The position numbers and the translations under genes are program-made. The notes under the pieces are model-generated. The model saw nothing but the letters and a program-made list of their open reading frames with translations, made no database searches and was not told where the DNA came from. A DNA stretch of 64,000 nucleotides from NCBI GenBank assembly GCA_951406725.2, contig OX597817.1, positions 43,710,001-43,774,000 on the forward strand, read 5' to 3'. The stretch is from Octopus vulgaris (taxonomy: Eukaryota). Below, piece by piece: positions 13,468-27,615 of the stretch; the stretch's first letter is position 1; each line of letters starts with the position of its first letter.

Positions 13468-13502
13468 ATATCGACCGGTTTCGCTATCGCTATTCATGAT
13501 AT
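13468..13502 (-). ncRNA. minimal hammerhead motif, A3-U8 core variant
   Basis: atatc-ATGAATA-gc(gata)gc-GAAA-ccgg-TC-gatat. Confidence 0.6.
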
Positions 13503-15522
13503 TATGTTTTACTTATTTGAATACGTATTTTTCTTAAAAAGAAATTTTGTTCATGTTGTGTGTGATGAAATTATATATATGTTAATGCACATACATAAAC
13601 ACATACGCGCATACACACAAACATACATCGTAGAAGCACACATGCACAAACCCAAACATAAATACACAAATGCTTAGATCTATGAGCAGACATGTGCACC
13701 CAGACATTCATATATGCATACACCTACATGCCCACGCAAATACGTTTCATTCGTTCATTCATATGGATGAAGACCACAACATCATTCACAGATGTCTCCT
13801 AATGTGGCTGATGCATCTTATACTTTTATCAATGCGGCTTTGAAACTTCCTTAATTCTTTCTCCTGCTCATTTCGTTTACTCCCGGCCACTCCAGACGCT
13901 TTGGTATGGTACCTTTCCTTAGCAGACTGAACCAGGTAGGTACCCCAGCAGCAGCAACTTTCTTCCATGATTTTTGGTTCTTGGTTAATGAATATTTTTT
14001 AGAAAGTCGTTGAAAATATCCTTGTAGCGTTTGCACAACCCTGTAAGCAATGAAGTTTTATTTCTTTTTAAGTTTTAAGGAAATGTTTATTTACCGTTAG
14101 GTTTACAATACTTTGTTTCGACGAGCAGGTTATGATAAATCCAAAAGCATGCGAAGTAAAGTTTGTGTTTGTGTCCTCTTCATTGTTTAGTAGTAATTAC
14201 AGAGAGAGATAGAATGATGTTGTAAGAGAATAGAATTAGAGCTAGTGAGAGTTGTAGGGTGCTGTCTCACAGTTGCTGATAGTAAACTTCATTTCTCTCT
14301 CTGACCAAAATTCTAGCAGGTCAGCCAGACTTCGTTGTCACCGAGGTGACTAACTGGTTGAGTCGTCACCGACTGATTTTTGCTTGGGATGTTCTTGCTT
14401 TTATAACTATCCAGAAGGATAGAGATATCATTGAGAACAATAGATTTAGTTGGTGGTCTTGTTGTCTCTATTCTAGCTTTTGGTGAAGTAGAAGAGGTTA
14501 GAAAGGGTCAAGTGGTGAAGACATTATTTCGGCCTAGCTAAAGGCATCTGGAAAATGTAAAACTGCCGCCAGAGAAAAACCATTGTTCCACCGTGGGAAA
14601 AGTTCTGTTGCAGTGTTAATTTAAATTTGGCTATGGTGGATCAAATCCACTTCATGCATGCAAGATCCACTACAACCCACTACCAGAACACACCCTCCCT
14701 ACCAATCGTTGTAAAAAAGATATGTTTGGTGTCATTTGCTATCCATTCTGGCAATGTGACCAGGTCGTTACAGTTAGCTCTACATAGTTTAGTGTGAACG
14801 CTAGGTAACACAGCGCGATTGAGGATACTAGTGTCCACAACATTGGTTCCCAATCTTTTCTCTACCAAGGACCCCTTTTAATATGCTTATTATTATTATG
14901 TGTGTGTGTGCGCGCGCGTGTGTGTGTGTGTGTATGTATGTAAATAAAATTTTGAATTTAGCTCACGGACCCCCAGTACTAACTTTGCCACAATCGACTG
15001 TCGATTATGAGTTACCTTTGACATACGTATGTAGACTCTTGTTGACTCTTGTGGACTCTTCTGTCGGATAAGGGCTCCGTAATTTCTTACAGAAAACCTG
15101 CACATATGATTTGTTTATATTGATCAAATGTTTGTGCGGTACATTAGCTCACTCTCACCTTCAAATCTGCGTTGCCTGCACAGGTGCACGATCTTCCGCA
15201 TCGAAGAGATGTCGAGGTTGTCTCTAAGTAATGTGAAATGAAGTGTTTTACACAAGAAGACAACGCATCGCCCGGTCTGGGAATCGAAAACACGATTTCG
15301 AGATCGTAAGTGTAACACTTTCATCACTAGGCCACACACCTTCACTGCATACATGCATAAAGAGGTGCGCGCGCGCACACACACATTTGCACTCTTGAGT
15401 ATATCTGTACTGTTACGTTATGTTTGTATATCATTACTAAAGTTTGACAGATAAAGAGATAGATAGATAAAGAGAGAGAGAGAGAGGGAAAGGGGGAAAG
15501 AGAGAAGAGAGAGATGGAGAGA

Positions 15523-15581
<59 letters not shown>

Positions 15582-16000
15582 GGATAGCGTGAAGACTGGA
15601 TGTAAGCCATTGATTACGAATTCAAAGCAAGGCTGCGAAGTCCCTTATTAAGAGTTAAAATATTTGTTCTTGTTTAATCCCTAAGGTAGTCCTATGATCA
15701 AAGACACTCGCGCTGTGATCTTCCCGTCTTCTTTTAAGATGGTCGAAGGTGATCTGATGGAAATTTGACTACTATTTCTAACAGTTCATAGGTCTCCTCT
15801 TTGGATAGACAATTAAATGTAACTGAATGGCATATCTAATTAGTGTAATTAGATAGCTGTACCGTATATTTAATTACATAAACGAGATTCTCGGTACACG
15901 AAGTCGGGACACAAAGAGCCATGAGTACTGCGAGGTATTTTGTTCCATGCACAGAAGTGTCCATCAATCCACTGTCTTTTAACAATATTTCTTACTTACA

Positions 16001-17017
16001 AGGCGGCGAGCTGGCAGAACCGTTAGCACGGCGGCCGAAATGCTTAGCGGTATTTCGTCAGCCGCTACGTTCTGAGTTCAAATTCCGCCGAGGTCGACTT
16101 TGCCTTTCATCCTTTCGGGGTCGATTAAATAAGTACCAGTTACGCACTGGGGTCGATATAATCGACTTAATCCGTTTGTCAGTCCTTGTTTCTCCTCTCT
16201 GTGTTTAGCCCCTTGTGGGTAGTAGAGAAATAGGTATTTCGCCTGCCTTAACGTTCTGAGTTCAAATTCTGTCGAGGTCGACTTTGCCTTTCCTCCTTTC
16301 GGGGTCGATAAATTAAGTTCCCAGTACCGTACTGGGGTCGATCTAATCGACTGGCCCTCCCTCCTCAAAAATTTTAGGCCTTGTGCGTAGAGTAGAAAAG
16401 ATTATTTCTTCCAAACTACTTCTGAGTTCAAATTCCGCCGAGATCGACTTTGCCTTTCATCCTTTCGGGAGTCGATAAATCAAATACCAGTTGCGTACTG
16501 GGGTCGATGTAATCGACTTACCACACCCCCAAAATTTCGGACCTTGTGCCTATAGTAGAAAGGATTATTTCTTTCTTATGACATAGTGGATTGTGAGGGT
16601 GCAAGCATAATCGGAATGTACACCATCTGAAGAGAGTATTTGTAGAAGATTTTCATTAACAATATCCATTTTCCTAAGGCAGCGAACTGGCAGAAACGTT
16701 AGCACGCCGGGTGAAATGTGTATCCGTATTTCGTCTGCCGTTACGTTCTGAGTTCAAATTCCGCCGAGGTCGACTTTGCCTTTCATCCTTTCGGGGTCGA
16801 TTAAATAAGTACCAGTTACGCACTGGGGTCCATATAATCGACTTAATCCGTTTGTCTGTCCTTGTTTGTCCTCTCTGTGTTTAGCCCCTTGTGGGTTGTA
16901 AAGAAATAGGTATAAGTACCAGTTACGCACTGGGGTCGATGTAATCGACTTAATCCGTTTGTCTGTCCTTGTTTGTTCCCTCTATGTTTTACCCCTTGTG
17001 GGCAATAAAGAAATAAG
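16001..17017 (+). mobile_element. cluster of Nin-domain-type SINEs (tandem, partly duplicated copies)
   Basis: aggcggcgagctggcagaa...gagttcaaattcc...gcctttcatcctttcggggtcgat(t/a)aaataagtaccag. The core occurs 4 times here. Confidence 0.85.
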
Positions 17018-18359
17018 AACTATGATTCCATGATCGGAAGAGAAAGGTTGGTGCTCATGTGTTTAGTTTACCCCAACATGAAGATTTCCAAGTAGTTTTA
17101 GCAATGATGATGGTAGTCACTCGTAGGGCTAGAAAGACGGCTCTGCAATTTCTTGCTGAACAACCAACATAAATGATTGGGCTGTACATTAGCTCACTCC
17201 TTCCATCAAATAGACGTTGCCTGAACAAGTGCACGATGTACTACACGTAAGGTGGAATGATAACAGAGCATCGTGAGATGAAATATTTTGCCTAAGAACG
17301 CAATACACCATCCGGTTCAGGAATTGAAACCGCGATCTCTCGATCGGGAGTGCAACATCCTAACCACTAGGCCATACGCCATCACTCATTTTATCAATAA
17401 TGCACCCACGTATTACACACGAAAACGCTTATTTAACACTTTTAAATTCAAATATGTAATATTACATACCCTTATTAAATTAATAAAAATATGAGCTCCC
17501 ATATTAGAAATAAACATTCCAACTGTAAATATATAAGGATTTAAATTAATTACATGTTCACATAATCAAAATTTTGATAATTGATATTTTCAACAATTAA
17601 ATTATCAACACAAAATAATTGTGAAGAACATAACCTATAACAAAATATTGTTAGCTCTTCTCAGCCTAAGAATAAAGTTTCTAATTAAATGAAGAAATAT
17701 TGCCTGTAGTTTGGGTTTATGGAAAAATAGGAATGTATGAGAATGCGTCCCCATATGGAGAAGGTATGAAGAATAACTAAGGAATGTACATTATGTACCA
17801 AAATATTAGTCTCCTTTGATTAGATATGGAGGTCGTGTATTTTAAAGCGCAGGGTAACATTTTAAGTCGATTCGGCCAGAATTTTCAGCCGATCCAACGA
17901 TCGCGTTGAGACTTCTCCACCTTCAGAAGACATGGGGTATGTTATAGTCGGCCCTTTCTCTCTGTGGAATAGTGTGGGGTTTGGCTGTCCTGGGCTGTAG
18001 TTAAGCTGGCCATCCTCTACCTTGTACGTACTATACCTTCAACTACAGTGAACACTCATAAATAAAGTGGCCGGCTTCAGAGACGACTTTCAGTACATAG
18101 CTACATGTTGGTGTTAAACCGATCGATATATTAAGTGCTACCGCCTGCAAAACAACGGCGATACTTTTCTACGGGTTTCCGACTACTCTCAAGGCTTTCA
18201 ATCCGAAGGTCAATGTCCAATCTGCAGCGTACTGGGACCGAAACAGGAATGAAGTAATTGCGAAGTGAATTGCTTAACAATATGTCTCTATCAACATCCG
18301 AAGTGTCACTTGGGTATCTCTTGAGCTTCTTTCTTGCATGTGTATTAATGAATGTGTGC

Positions 18360-18438
<79 letters not shown>

Positions 18439-18494
18439 TATAAGGGAAAAAAGTCAAGATAGAAAATGCTAAAATAATTTTATAAAAAACATTT

Positions 18495-18530
18495 CAGTAC
18501 CGGTTTCAGTTGTTGAGACTTTTTCAACTG
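18495..18530 (-). ncRNA. minimal hammerhead motif, U3-A8 core variant
   Basis: cag-TTGAAAA-agt(ctcaaca)act-GAAA-ccgg-TA-ctg. Confidence 0.6.
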
Positions 18531-18706
18531 TAAGTATGGAAAACAATTAAATTTTGGAAAAATTAAAAGAAAAGTTTTTTTAAAAGAATATTTGTATAGT
18601 ATTCAAATACAAGTGGAAATTTCCTTGTTTCTGCCTGTCTCTGCCTCTCTTGTGGGTTTGAGGTCGTTGTGAATTCTTGGTAGGGAAGAAGAGGGAGGAG
18701 AAGGGG

Positions 18707-18744
<38 letters not shown>

Positions 18745-19457
18745 TGTATGCTGTGGTTGTATCGCTGAATACGAGTGTGTATGTGAATGTATGTTTGTTG
18801 CGTTTGCCTGTTGCATGTTTATGCGTATAGATGAAAGTATGTGTGTGTCTGTGTGGACGTTCCTGCTCGACTGCGTGTTTTTATGTTCGACAGTTTATTC
18901 TTGTGTGCATATGCATGTGTGTGTCTGAGAGTGAGTATTTGTTATGTGCATACGAGCGTATGTGTTTGTGTGTGGGAGTGTGTTTATGTATATGCATGTC
19001 AACGCAGTCTCATATCTAGCCCTCCGTTTCTAGGCAGCTGTCGTTGTTGTCAAGTCATTATAGCCAAGCTGACTGCACCACCACACAAACACACACACAT
19101 GCATACACACTTACAAACACGCACACACACACACTCATACATTCATATCATGTCTCAGCTTCTCTCTCCAGTTGCTTGTTCCTACATCTTCAGTCTGCCT
19201 TGCTACACCAACTACATCTTGTTGACAATTATATCCTAGTTCAAGAACGAACAGAATGATTACACACACCAGAACTTGTATATCAATCAACTCTGAACAG
19301 TGAATTGACGGCCAGAAGTCACCCCTCTAAACTTATCTCTCCTTATCATATTTACATTGATATTCTTTACGAGCATCATTAGACCAGGTGAGACGTTACT
19401 CATACTTGAAATTTTTGTTTGTTTCATTCGGGATTTGCTGTACAGAGCGTGATAGGC

Positions 19458-20012
<555 letters not shown>

Positions 20013-20251
20013 GCCATCTGTCTGTCTATCTATAAGCATACATATATATGCATGTGTATACGGATATGCTTACATATGAAACCGCTTACCATTTACATTA
20101 TATGTGGTAAGAAGTTTGCTTCCCAACAGCACGGTTCCGGGTTCAGTCCCACTGCGTGACACCTTGGCCAAGTATCTTCCACTATAGCCCGGGGCCGACG
20201 AAAGCCTTGCGTGTGGATCTAGTTGACAGAAACTGAAAGAGGCCTGTCGTT

Positions 20252-20291
<40 letters not shown>

Positions 20292-20618
20292 TGGTGAAGG
20301 CGCGTACCTTCGTGGTTATGGTATTCGGCTCACTGTCGTAAGGTTGTGAGTTCGATTCCTAGAGGCACGTTGTGTCCTTGAGCAAGACACTTTATTCCAC
20401 ATTGCTTCAGTCCAGCCAACTGGCGAAAATGAGTAGTACCCGTAACTTAAAGTGTCAGCCGTGTCACATTCCTTCAGTCCCTCCGACCAAATCCACTTCT
20501 AATGCTTTAGTCGGCCTGAGACTATAGTAGAAGACACTTGTCCAAGGTGTCACGCAGTGGGACTGAACCCGGACCCATGTGGTTATGAAGTAAGCTTCTT
20601 ACCACACAGCCATGCCTG

Positions 20619-20728
<110 letters not shown>

Positions 20729-21791
20729 TATAATTATGAGTATAATTATAATTAGGGTTCAGCAAAAAAATTTGCTTCACCACATACCGAAATTAGAGAT
20801 AGCAGCCAAAGAAATTAGCTATTTCTCTACCATAAGACAATCATATTGTCTAATATGAGCGTATTTTTGTGTTTGTTCCTAACAACCGGTGTCGTTACTT
20901 AGTGGTTCGGAAAATAGAAACTGATAGAATAAGTACCAGGCTTTGAAAAAGTGTACTGGAGTCGATTTGCTCGCCTAGACCCTTTAGGGCGGTATCCCAG
21001 CGTGACCGCATTCTAATTTCTGAAACAAATGAGTTAAAAATATAGATTCGTGCAAATACACGTAAAAGAAGCGAACTCATGACCGTGTAAGACCACTTCT
21101 TAAACTCAGGAAGTCTATACAAAAATTCTGACAGTCTAAGACGTTCCCGTGCGTTAATTTGGCGCCAGTAAAATGTTGCACAGACAGATCAGAGGTTGAA
21201 ACGTCTAGGAACCAACTACACTTTGGGTTTCTTAAACGAGCTTACCTTCTCCTAGAAGGAAGTTCTCAAGAAAACTTGGGGGTCATTCACTTCCAGTGGT
21301 TCACATGCTAGTTAATACAGAACTGGGACCCTAACAAGTGTCACTACTCCGGGTCAGAGTAGATTTTGGGGGAAATAATGGCTAAGAGATGGTTCCACAC
21401 CAGGCGCGGGCCCAGGAATTTTTCGAAGTGAGGGCACAAGGTTAGAAGGGAATACAATTCCAGGAGAAAAGGGCGTAATAACATTATTTAGAAGGGCGCA
21501 CTTCTCTTCTTGTGGGGAGCACGTGCCTCTCATCGCCCCCACTGGGTCCACCACTGAACACTCCTCAAAACTCTGGACTTTCAGTACAAGAGACTCACTA
21601 CCGGATGTAGTTTAAATTCAAATCAAGGATATACATACATACATACATACATCAGCACACCAACTCAACCACACATTTACATACATTGGGAAGTCTCTTA
21701 ACTCAAAAAGTCTTGTCGTTTTGTTAGCGACCGGCTTGAACTCTTCAGAGAACTTAAATTAAACTCAAAGGAAACCATACATATTTACGTA

Positions 21792-22662
21792 CTGGTCTTA
21801 TCAATAAGTATCCGGACTGTTGCTATAGTAACGAAACTAAAGCACGCAGAGTGAAGCCGCTTGGCACAAATTGACCTTGAACTCTGTTGAGCATGTGCAC
21901 TAGGTTTCAACGTCCTAGCTCACTTCCGCTGTTTACAGCAGAGCTTGGAAGGAACGCATGTAGTGTGTAATAGTCGCATTGACGAAGATAAAGTTGAGGA
22001 GAGAATCTGTATCAAATTTTGCCGAAAGCTTGGTGATACCTGCTCAGAGGCCTACGCAAAGTTTTCAAAAAGTTTTCATCATTCTTGACACCATCAAGGA
22101 AAAAATTGTGCAATTGAAACCCGAGTATCTTTTTGGTCAGCTGAAAGCAGTTTTGGCACAAACTTGGCAGACACGTGTCTCACACTGAAATCTTCAGTGA
22201 TAATGGACTAAACTGAACTGTAACTAATCTGCACATCCTCTGATAACTCACGGATGGTGATTCGACGATTTCCCCTCACAGCTGCACACACACCTGCAAT
22301 GTTTTTCTGAGTTCTGATGGTTGTGGGTCTCCCGGAACGTTCGTCAAAATCGACATTTTTTCAGCCATCTTGGAAACGTCAGAACTACTCGTACACTTGT
22401 GTTTAGCTCATACACTCCTCTCCATACGCTTTCTGCAACTTTATGTAAGCCTCTGAGCAGGTATCGCCATGAGAACTTTCTGTGTCATGCTATACATCTT
22501 CCTTCCAAGCACTGCTGTAAACAGAAGAAGTGAGCTCGAAAGCTAAAATTTAGTGCGCATGCACAGCCAAGTTCAAGGTCAATCTTTGCTAAGCGGCTTA
22601 ACTCTGCATGCTTTAATTTCGTTACTATGGCAGCAGTCTGGATACTTATTGATCAGACCTCG
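21792..22662. mobile_element. mariner-derived non-autonomous element with long TIRs
   Basis: TIRs ggtc(t/g)atcaataagtatcc(g/a)gactg... flanked by TA. Transposase N-terminal HTH on both strands: + ERICIKFCRKLGDTCSEAY; - GDTCSEAY..RSGRP..RRITIREL..FVPKLL, with stops. Confidence 0.88.
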
Positions 22663-24274
22663 TAATACATACATACATTTATACGTACCTACATACATTC
22701 ATTTATAATAATACATACATACATACATACATACATACATACATAAACCTAGAAATACTCGGTTTCACGGAAAAAGAGCAAAAGAAATTGAAGCGGATTC
22801 TCCTAATCCAAGCTATTAAGTGGCACAGTGAAGATTTGTAAGACATTCTATGTGAGATTCTTATGCGAATAGATGCACACACTTCGGTGTATGCATCGAT
22901 AGTTCAACCAACACACTAATCAACCACAAATTTACAAATACCGGGTACTCGATATAAAAACAATATATATATGCTTACACCCAATCACCCACTTACACAC
23001 ACACACAAACTCCACTGCAGTGATATCTGCTTAGCACATAGCTATTTATCCTGACCATGTCATCGCTCAACAGAGGCTCCTACTGCACATTCTACAAATT
23101 TAGTGATAGTAATAAATGCTATAGGCTGCAGTGCGTCACTTAGAATATATACACTCTTTGCATTTCACTCGCTGATTAAGCTGATGTCCATAGCAGAAGT
23201 GGTCAAGATGGTCAGGGAGTAACTGTTAGCGTTTCTTTTTTGTATTTGTGTTGCAAAAATTCTTGACGTGAAAACATGTTGAAACTGATTTTAGGACAGT
23301 CACACTGCCAATGAAAACACGTTCACTGGTTATGTTTCACTTCATTTTTATTACCAATAACCTTTTAAGTGAATTTGGTGGACGGAAATTGTGTGGAAGC
23401 CCGTCACCTGTATATATATATATATATATGTATGTATATATGTGTGTGTGTTCGTGTTTATGTTTGTCACCCCAGCTTGCCACCGCTTGACAATCTGTTG
23501 CTTTGTTAATGCCTTCACAACTTAACGGTTCAGCAGAAGATGTCAGTAGAATAAGTACCAGACTCAGAAAAAACAAAAACAAATATAAATACACTAAAAA
23601 CTAATTTTCTTGAATACACTGAAATTGGGGTGCGTCTATTATGTAATCAAATATCGATTCTCCGGAATCGATAAGTAATCGTATTATATTGGTGTCAACT
23701 TTATCTCTCCGCATCAAAAACTGATTGCATGCTTAAAGAATAAATCAATATCTAATGATATATATACATACGTATATGTACATACATCTATATGTATGTA
23801 TATATGCACATGAGGGCATAGGACGTCATGAAACGTGTACGAGTACATGGAATATGAACTATGTTTTCGAACAACGAAAGGCACAAATGGAAAACAAGAC
23901 TAATAACATAAAGAACGACCCTTCATCAGTTGTTGGCTGTTTTTCTGCTCTCATATTTCGAGCATTTAACAACAATATACGCTTTCGATAAAAAAATTGT
24001 TCCCGCAAAGCAAATTAAATATGGAATTTTGCGGAGGGTCGAAATTGGTAACACAAACAGAACAGTGGAAACAAACAGGAATGGCTACTAAGCCTAAACG
24101 AAGTTGTGGTGGCGAACGCGTAAATCAAGCTTGGATAAGAGACAGACAAGAACACGTCTTCCTTGTTCCAGCTACAACGGAGAAAAAGAAACACAAGTTA
24201 GGAGAAGAAATAATGATGGCCATGGGAGCCACGTGAGCAAGGAAGGAGGAGTGAGGGAGAGAGAGCGACATATT

Positions 24275-24310
<36 letters not shown>

Positions 24311-24360
24311 GTATGCATGTATGTATGTATCTTCTTCCTTTTCTATTAGACTTTCCTCTG

Positions 24361-24394
24361 CTTCTGAAGAAGAGCGCTGCTCGAAACGTTAAAC
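24361..24394 (+). ncRNA. minimal type-I hammerhead ribozyme motif (Penelope-like pLTR remnant)
   Basis: CTGAAGA-a-GAGC gct GCTC-GAAA-CG-TT. Stem I is weak (gctt/aaac). Confidence 0.65.
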
Positions 24395-24490
24395 TATCTT
24401 TCTTTTCCTGAGCGTCTACTACTACTTTACATGTATCACGTCCTCACGCTGTTATTTTTGTGTTTATTCTTCGTTTTTTTAATAAAAAAT

Positions 24491-24552
<62 letters not shown>

Positions 24553-24592
24553 GTATATATATATATATATATATATGATGATGATGATGATG

Positions 24593-24633
<41 letters not shown>

Positions 24634-26296
24634 TCTGTGGGAATGCGAGTTTGCGTTCGCACATCTCTTTACTTGAACTCATATTTTCTTTCTGTCTTGT
24701 TTGGGGTATTGACTCTCTTTACCATCCTCGCTATAATTTTTAGCTTTACCCTTCCTTGTTTTCGTTGTACCCCAGATGTTTTATCTTCTCACACCCAGGG
24801 CATTAGAGAGAAATTTGTCAAGGTAAGTCGAAACAAAACAATTTTTGAGGCCCAGGAGAAAGGCCCACTCAAAACTCAAGCGATCGGTGAATTTTTTTTA
24901 ACCTTTTACGGTAAGTTTGGGTATTTAATCGCAAGTCTCATCCCCGGATCAAGGTACCGGCTGAACGACCGTCTTATCTTCCTTTCTCTCGGACAGAGGG
25001 TAAATGCCTGAAATCCAGATTATATGCTTCTCACAACGATTGAACTTTGCCAACATGTCTCGACAGCAAATTAACAGAGTCGTTAGAACGCCGGACGAAA
25101 TTCTTTGCAATATTTCTTCCAGCTCCTTGTGTTGTGAGTTCAAATCTCAATGTGGTTTACTTAGATGGTAGACTTAATCCGTTGCCTAGCTTAACATCAT
25201 CACTTGGTCTTTGGGTACCTTCAGCAGTGTCCACTCTGTTGTAAGCAATCGGATCAAGTCACATGTTTGAGCGTACCTTCTTCCTTCCCACATACCTGTC
25301 TTAGATATTCTAAAAAGAGACATGTGTACTGCTAATCCTCTGAACGAGGTGACTGAGGCGTCGAGTCTAATTCGTTGTAAAGACAATACCGTCACTTTAA
25401 TTCTCACATCTGTGGCCAGTCTCACTGCATTTTTGCTGTTTTCCGTGGCGAAGTATTCTACTTGAAAAATGATTTCTTCATTGAAAATAGCAGCAATGTT
25501 GTGGCTGCAGGAAACGCTACTTCTGTGGAATGGTGTCATATACAATGAGACAGTTGTTTCTGATCTGTAACAGAAAACTGCGACGATTACGGTCAAAGCT
25601 TATATTTTACTGGTTTCACTCTTTTATTGGTTTCGCTCATTGGACTGCGGTCGTGATGGGACACCGCCTTCAAGATTTTAGTCAGTAATATTGCAGCCCT
25701 CTACTACCTCGTCGTTAGTTACTTCAATCAGTACTTGCTTTATCGATCTCTCTTTGTCGAACATCTAGTTTTACGAGACATAAAAGGGCAAAGAGAAACA
25801 ATATCAGTTTTTAAACTGAATTTAGTACGTAGACAAAGTTACACACAAATACACCGTCACACACACACACACACACACAGATCTTGAACCATGGTATTTT
25901 GAGCTTATGCAGCACCAGTGCCATATCTTTCACGCGGTGCTGATTCTATTCTATTCTGCTATGTTGGGTATTAAAGTAGCAAGCTGGCAGAGATTTTAAC
26001 ATGCCGAGGATCCTTACTTTCTGAGTTCAAAAGCCACCGAGATCCACGTTACTCTCCATCATTGCAACGTCAATAAAATAAGTCCCACGCAATTGACTTC
26101 CCCCTCCCCCGCAAACTTGCTGGCCTTGAGCAGAATTAGAAAGAATTATATTTTATTGTTGTTATATAGCATATTTTGTTTTACACAACATCCTTTTTTA
26201 TTATGAATGTAGTATATTATACCATATTGAATAACCAGGCGGCGCTTATTAAGTGCAGCATACATACATACATACATACATACATACATACATACA

Positions 26297-26327
<31 letters not shown>

Positions 26328-26674
26328 GTATATATGTACACACACATACAAATAGGTTCAAGGCAAACAACGGCAAAACAATGTCAATATATCTTTTTAT
26401 TTTTTATGCGAATGTTTTGATTCTTAATCATTTTGTCTCTCATGTTCGTCAGTTTATAGATTTACCTGTATTTGTCTGTAGTTGTCTTCATGCCTCAAAT
26501 ATTGTTATTGATTGTATATTATTGGAGTGCTGGCTTGGACTTGTGGCTTCAATGTACAACTGATTCAGACCCGTAATTATTCAGTTTGTTTTATTGGTAA
26601 TATCTCGTTTTCATAGTTGGCCATTGCAATGACAGGGGACACTTCTACTCTGTGTCCAAGCTTGATAGAATATC

Positions 26675-26908
26675 TATTTCTTTACCACCCACAAGGGGCT
26701 AAACACAGAGGGGGACAAACAAGGACAGACAAAGGGATTAACTCGATTACATCGACCCCAGTGCGTAACTGGTACTTAATTTATCGAACCCAAAAGGATG
26801 AAAGGCAAAGTCGACCTCGGCGGAATTTGAACTCAGAACGCAGCGGCGGACGAAATACGGCTACGCATTTCGCCCGGCGTGCTAACGTTTCTGCCAGCTC
26901 GCCGCCTT
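26675..26908 (-). mobile_element. Nin-domain-type SINE (further copies near 6340-6715, 10870-11075, 31477-31675, 34000-34200, 36580-36910, 48590-48770, 49065-49265, 50607-50842, 52172-52401, 52755-52925, 54165-54370, 57343-57565)
   Basis: Same consensus. Long TSDs, e.g. GCTTGATA(G/A)AATAT here, ATATATTACTTATT around 57343, ACCACCACTATTACC around 50607. Confidence 0.85.
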
Positions 26909-27524
26909 AGGCTTGATAAAATATCTTTGTTTCCCTGTCTGTGACGAATATATAACCGAAATGGCGAAATACTGCTGACAATGACCGTGCATCACATGAA
27001 GTACCAACTCAATGATTCATCAACGAATAAGTGTGCAAACGAAAGACAGTCGGAAATATATTTCTACTATTGTCATGTTTTACCTTCATCGAGAGTTCAA
27101 CATCTTAAAAAACGATTACTGGGTCTCACCATAAATTTAATACGGTGTAATATAAAGCCTACGGCTAGGGTGTTGCTCTCACGATCGCAAGATCATTATT
27201 TCAAACCCCAGACTGAGTGGTAAGTTGTGTCCATGAGCAACACACTTCATTTCAGTTGCTCAGCTGTTAATGAGTAATCCTGCGATGGACTGGCGTTAGT
27301 TGAGATCACGGTTACTTATTCGCCATGGAATATTCACCAGGTCACCTGCCTTGTGAGTCCTAGGATTCGAGACAATAATATCCAGGGGTTAATGACGATG
27401 ACGATAATAATGATGATGAGGATGATATAATGTCTACTACACTGCTTTAAAAAGTATTTCCTAATCCTTACCGACTTCTTTTTGAATATGCAAGATATCC
27501 ATTTTAGCATTTAGCATTCTCTTT

Positions 27525-27576
<52 letters not shown>

Positions 27577-27579
27577 ATA

Positions 27580-27615
<36 letters not shown>

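Noticed and set aside
13750-14780. Possible decayed coding sequence (also 7100-7870, 17760-18340, 21030-21600, 25240-25600)
   Set aside because: Looks like old transposon debris, but no motif is clear enough to assign a family by eye; needs blastx against TE proteins.
24776-24822. Exon-like segment (cccag|...aag|gtaagt)
   Set aside because: 47 bp with no recognisable product or link to the gene 7.6 kb away; cannot be supported without RNA data.
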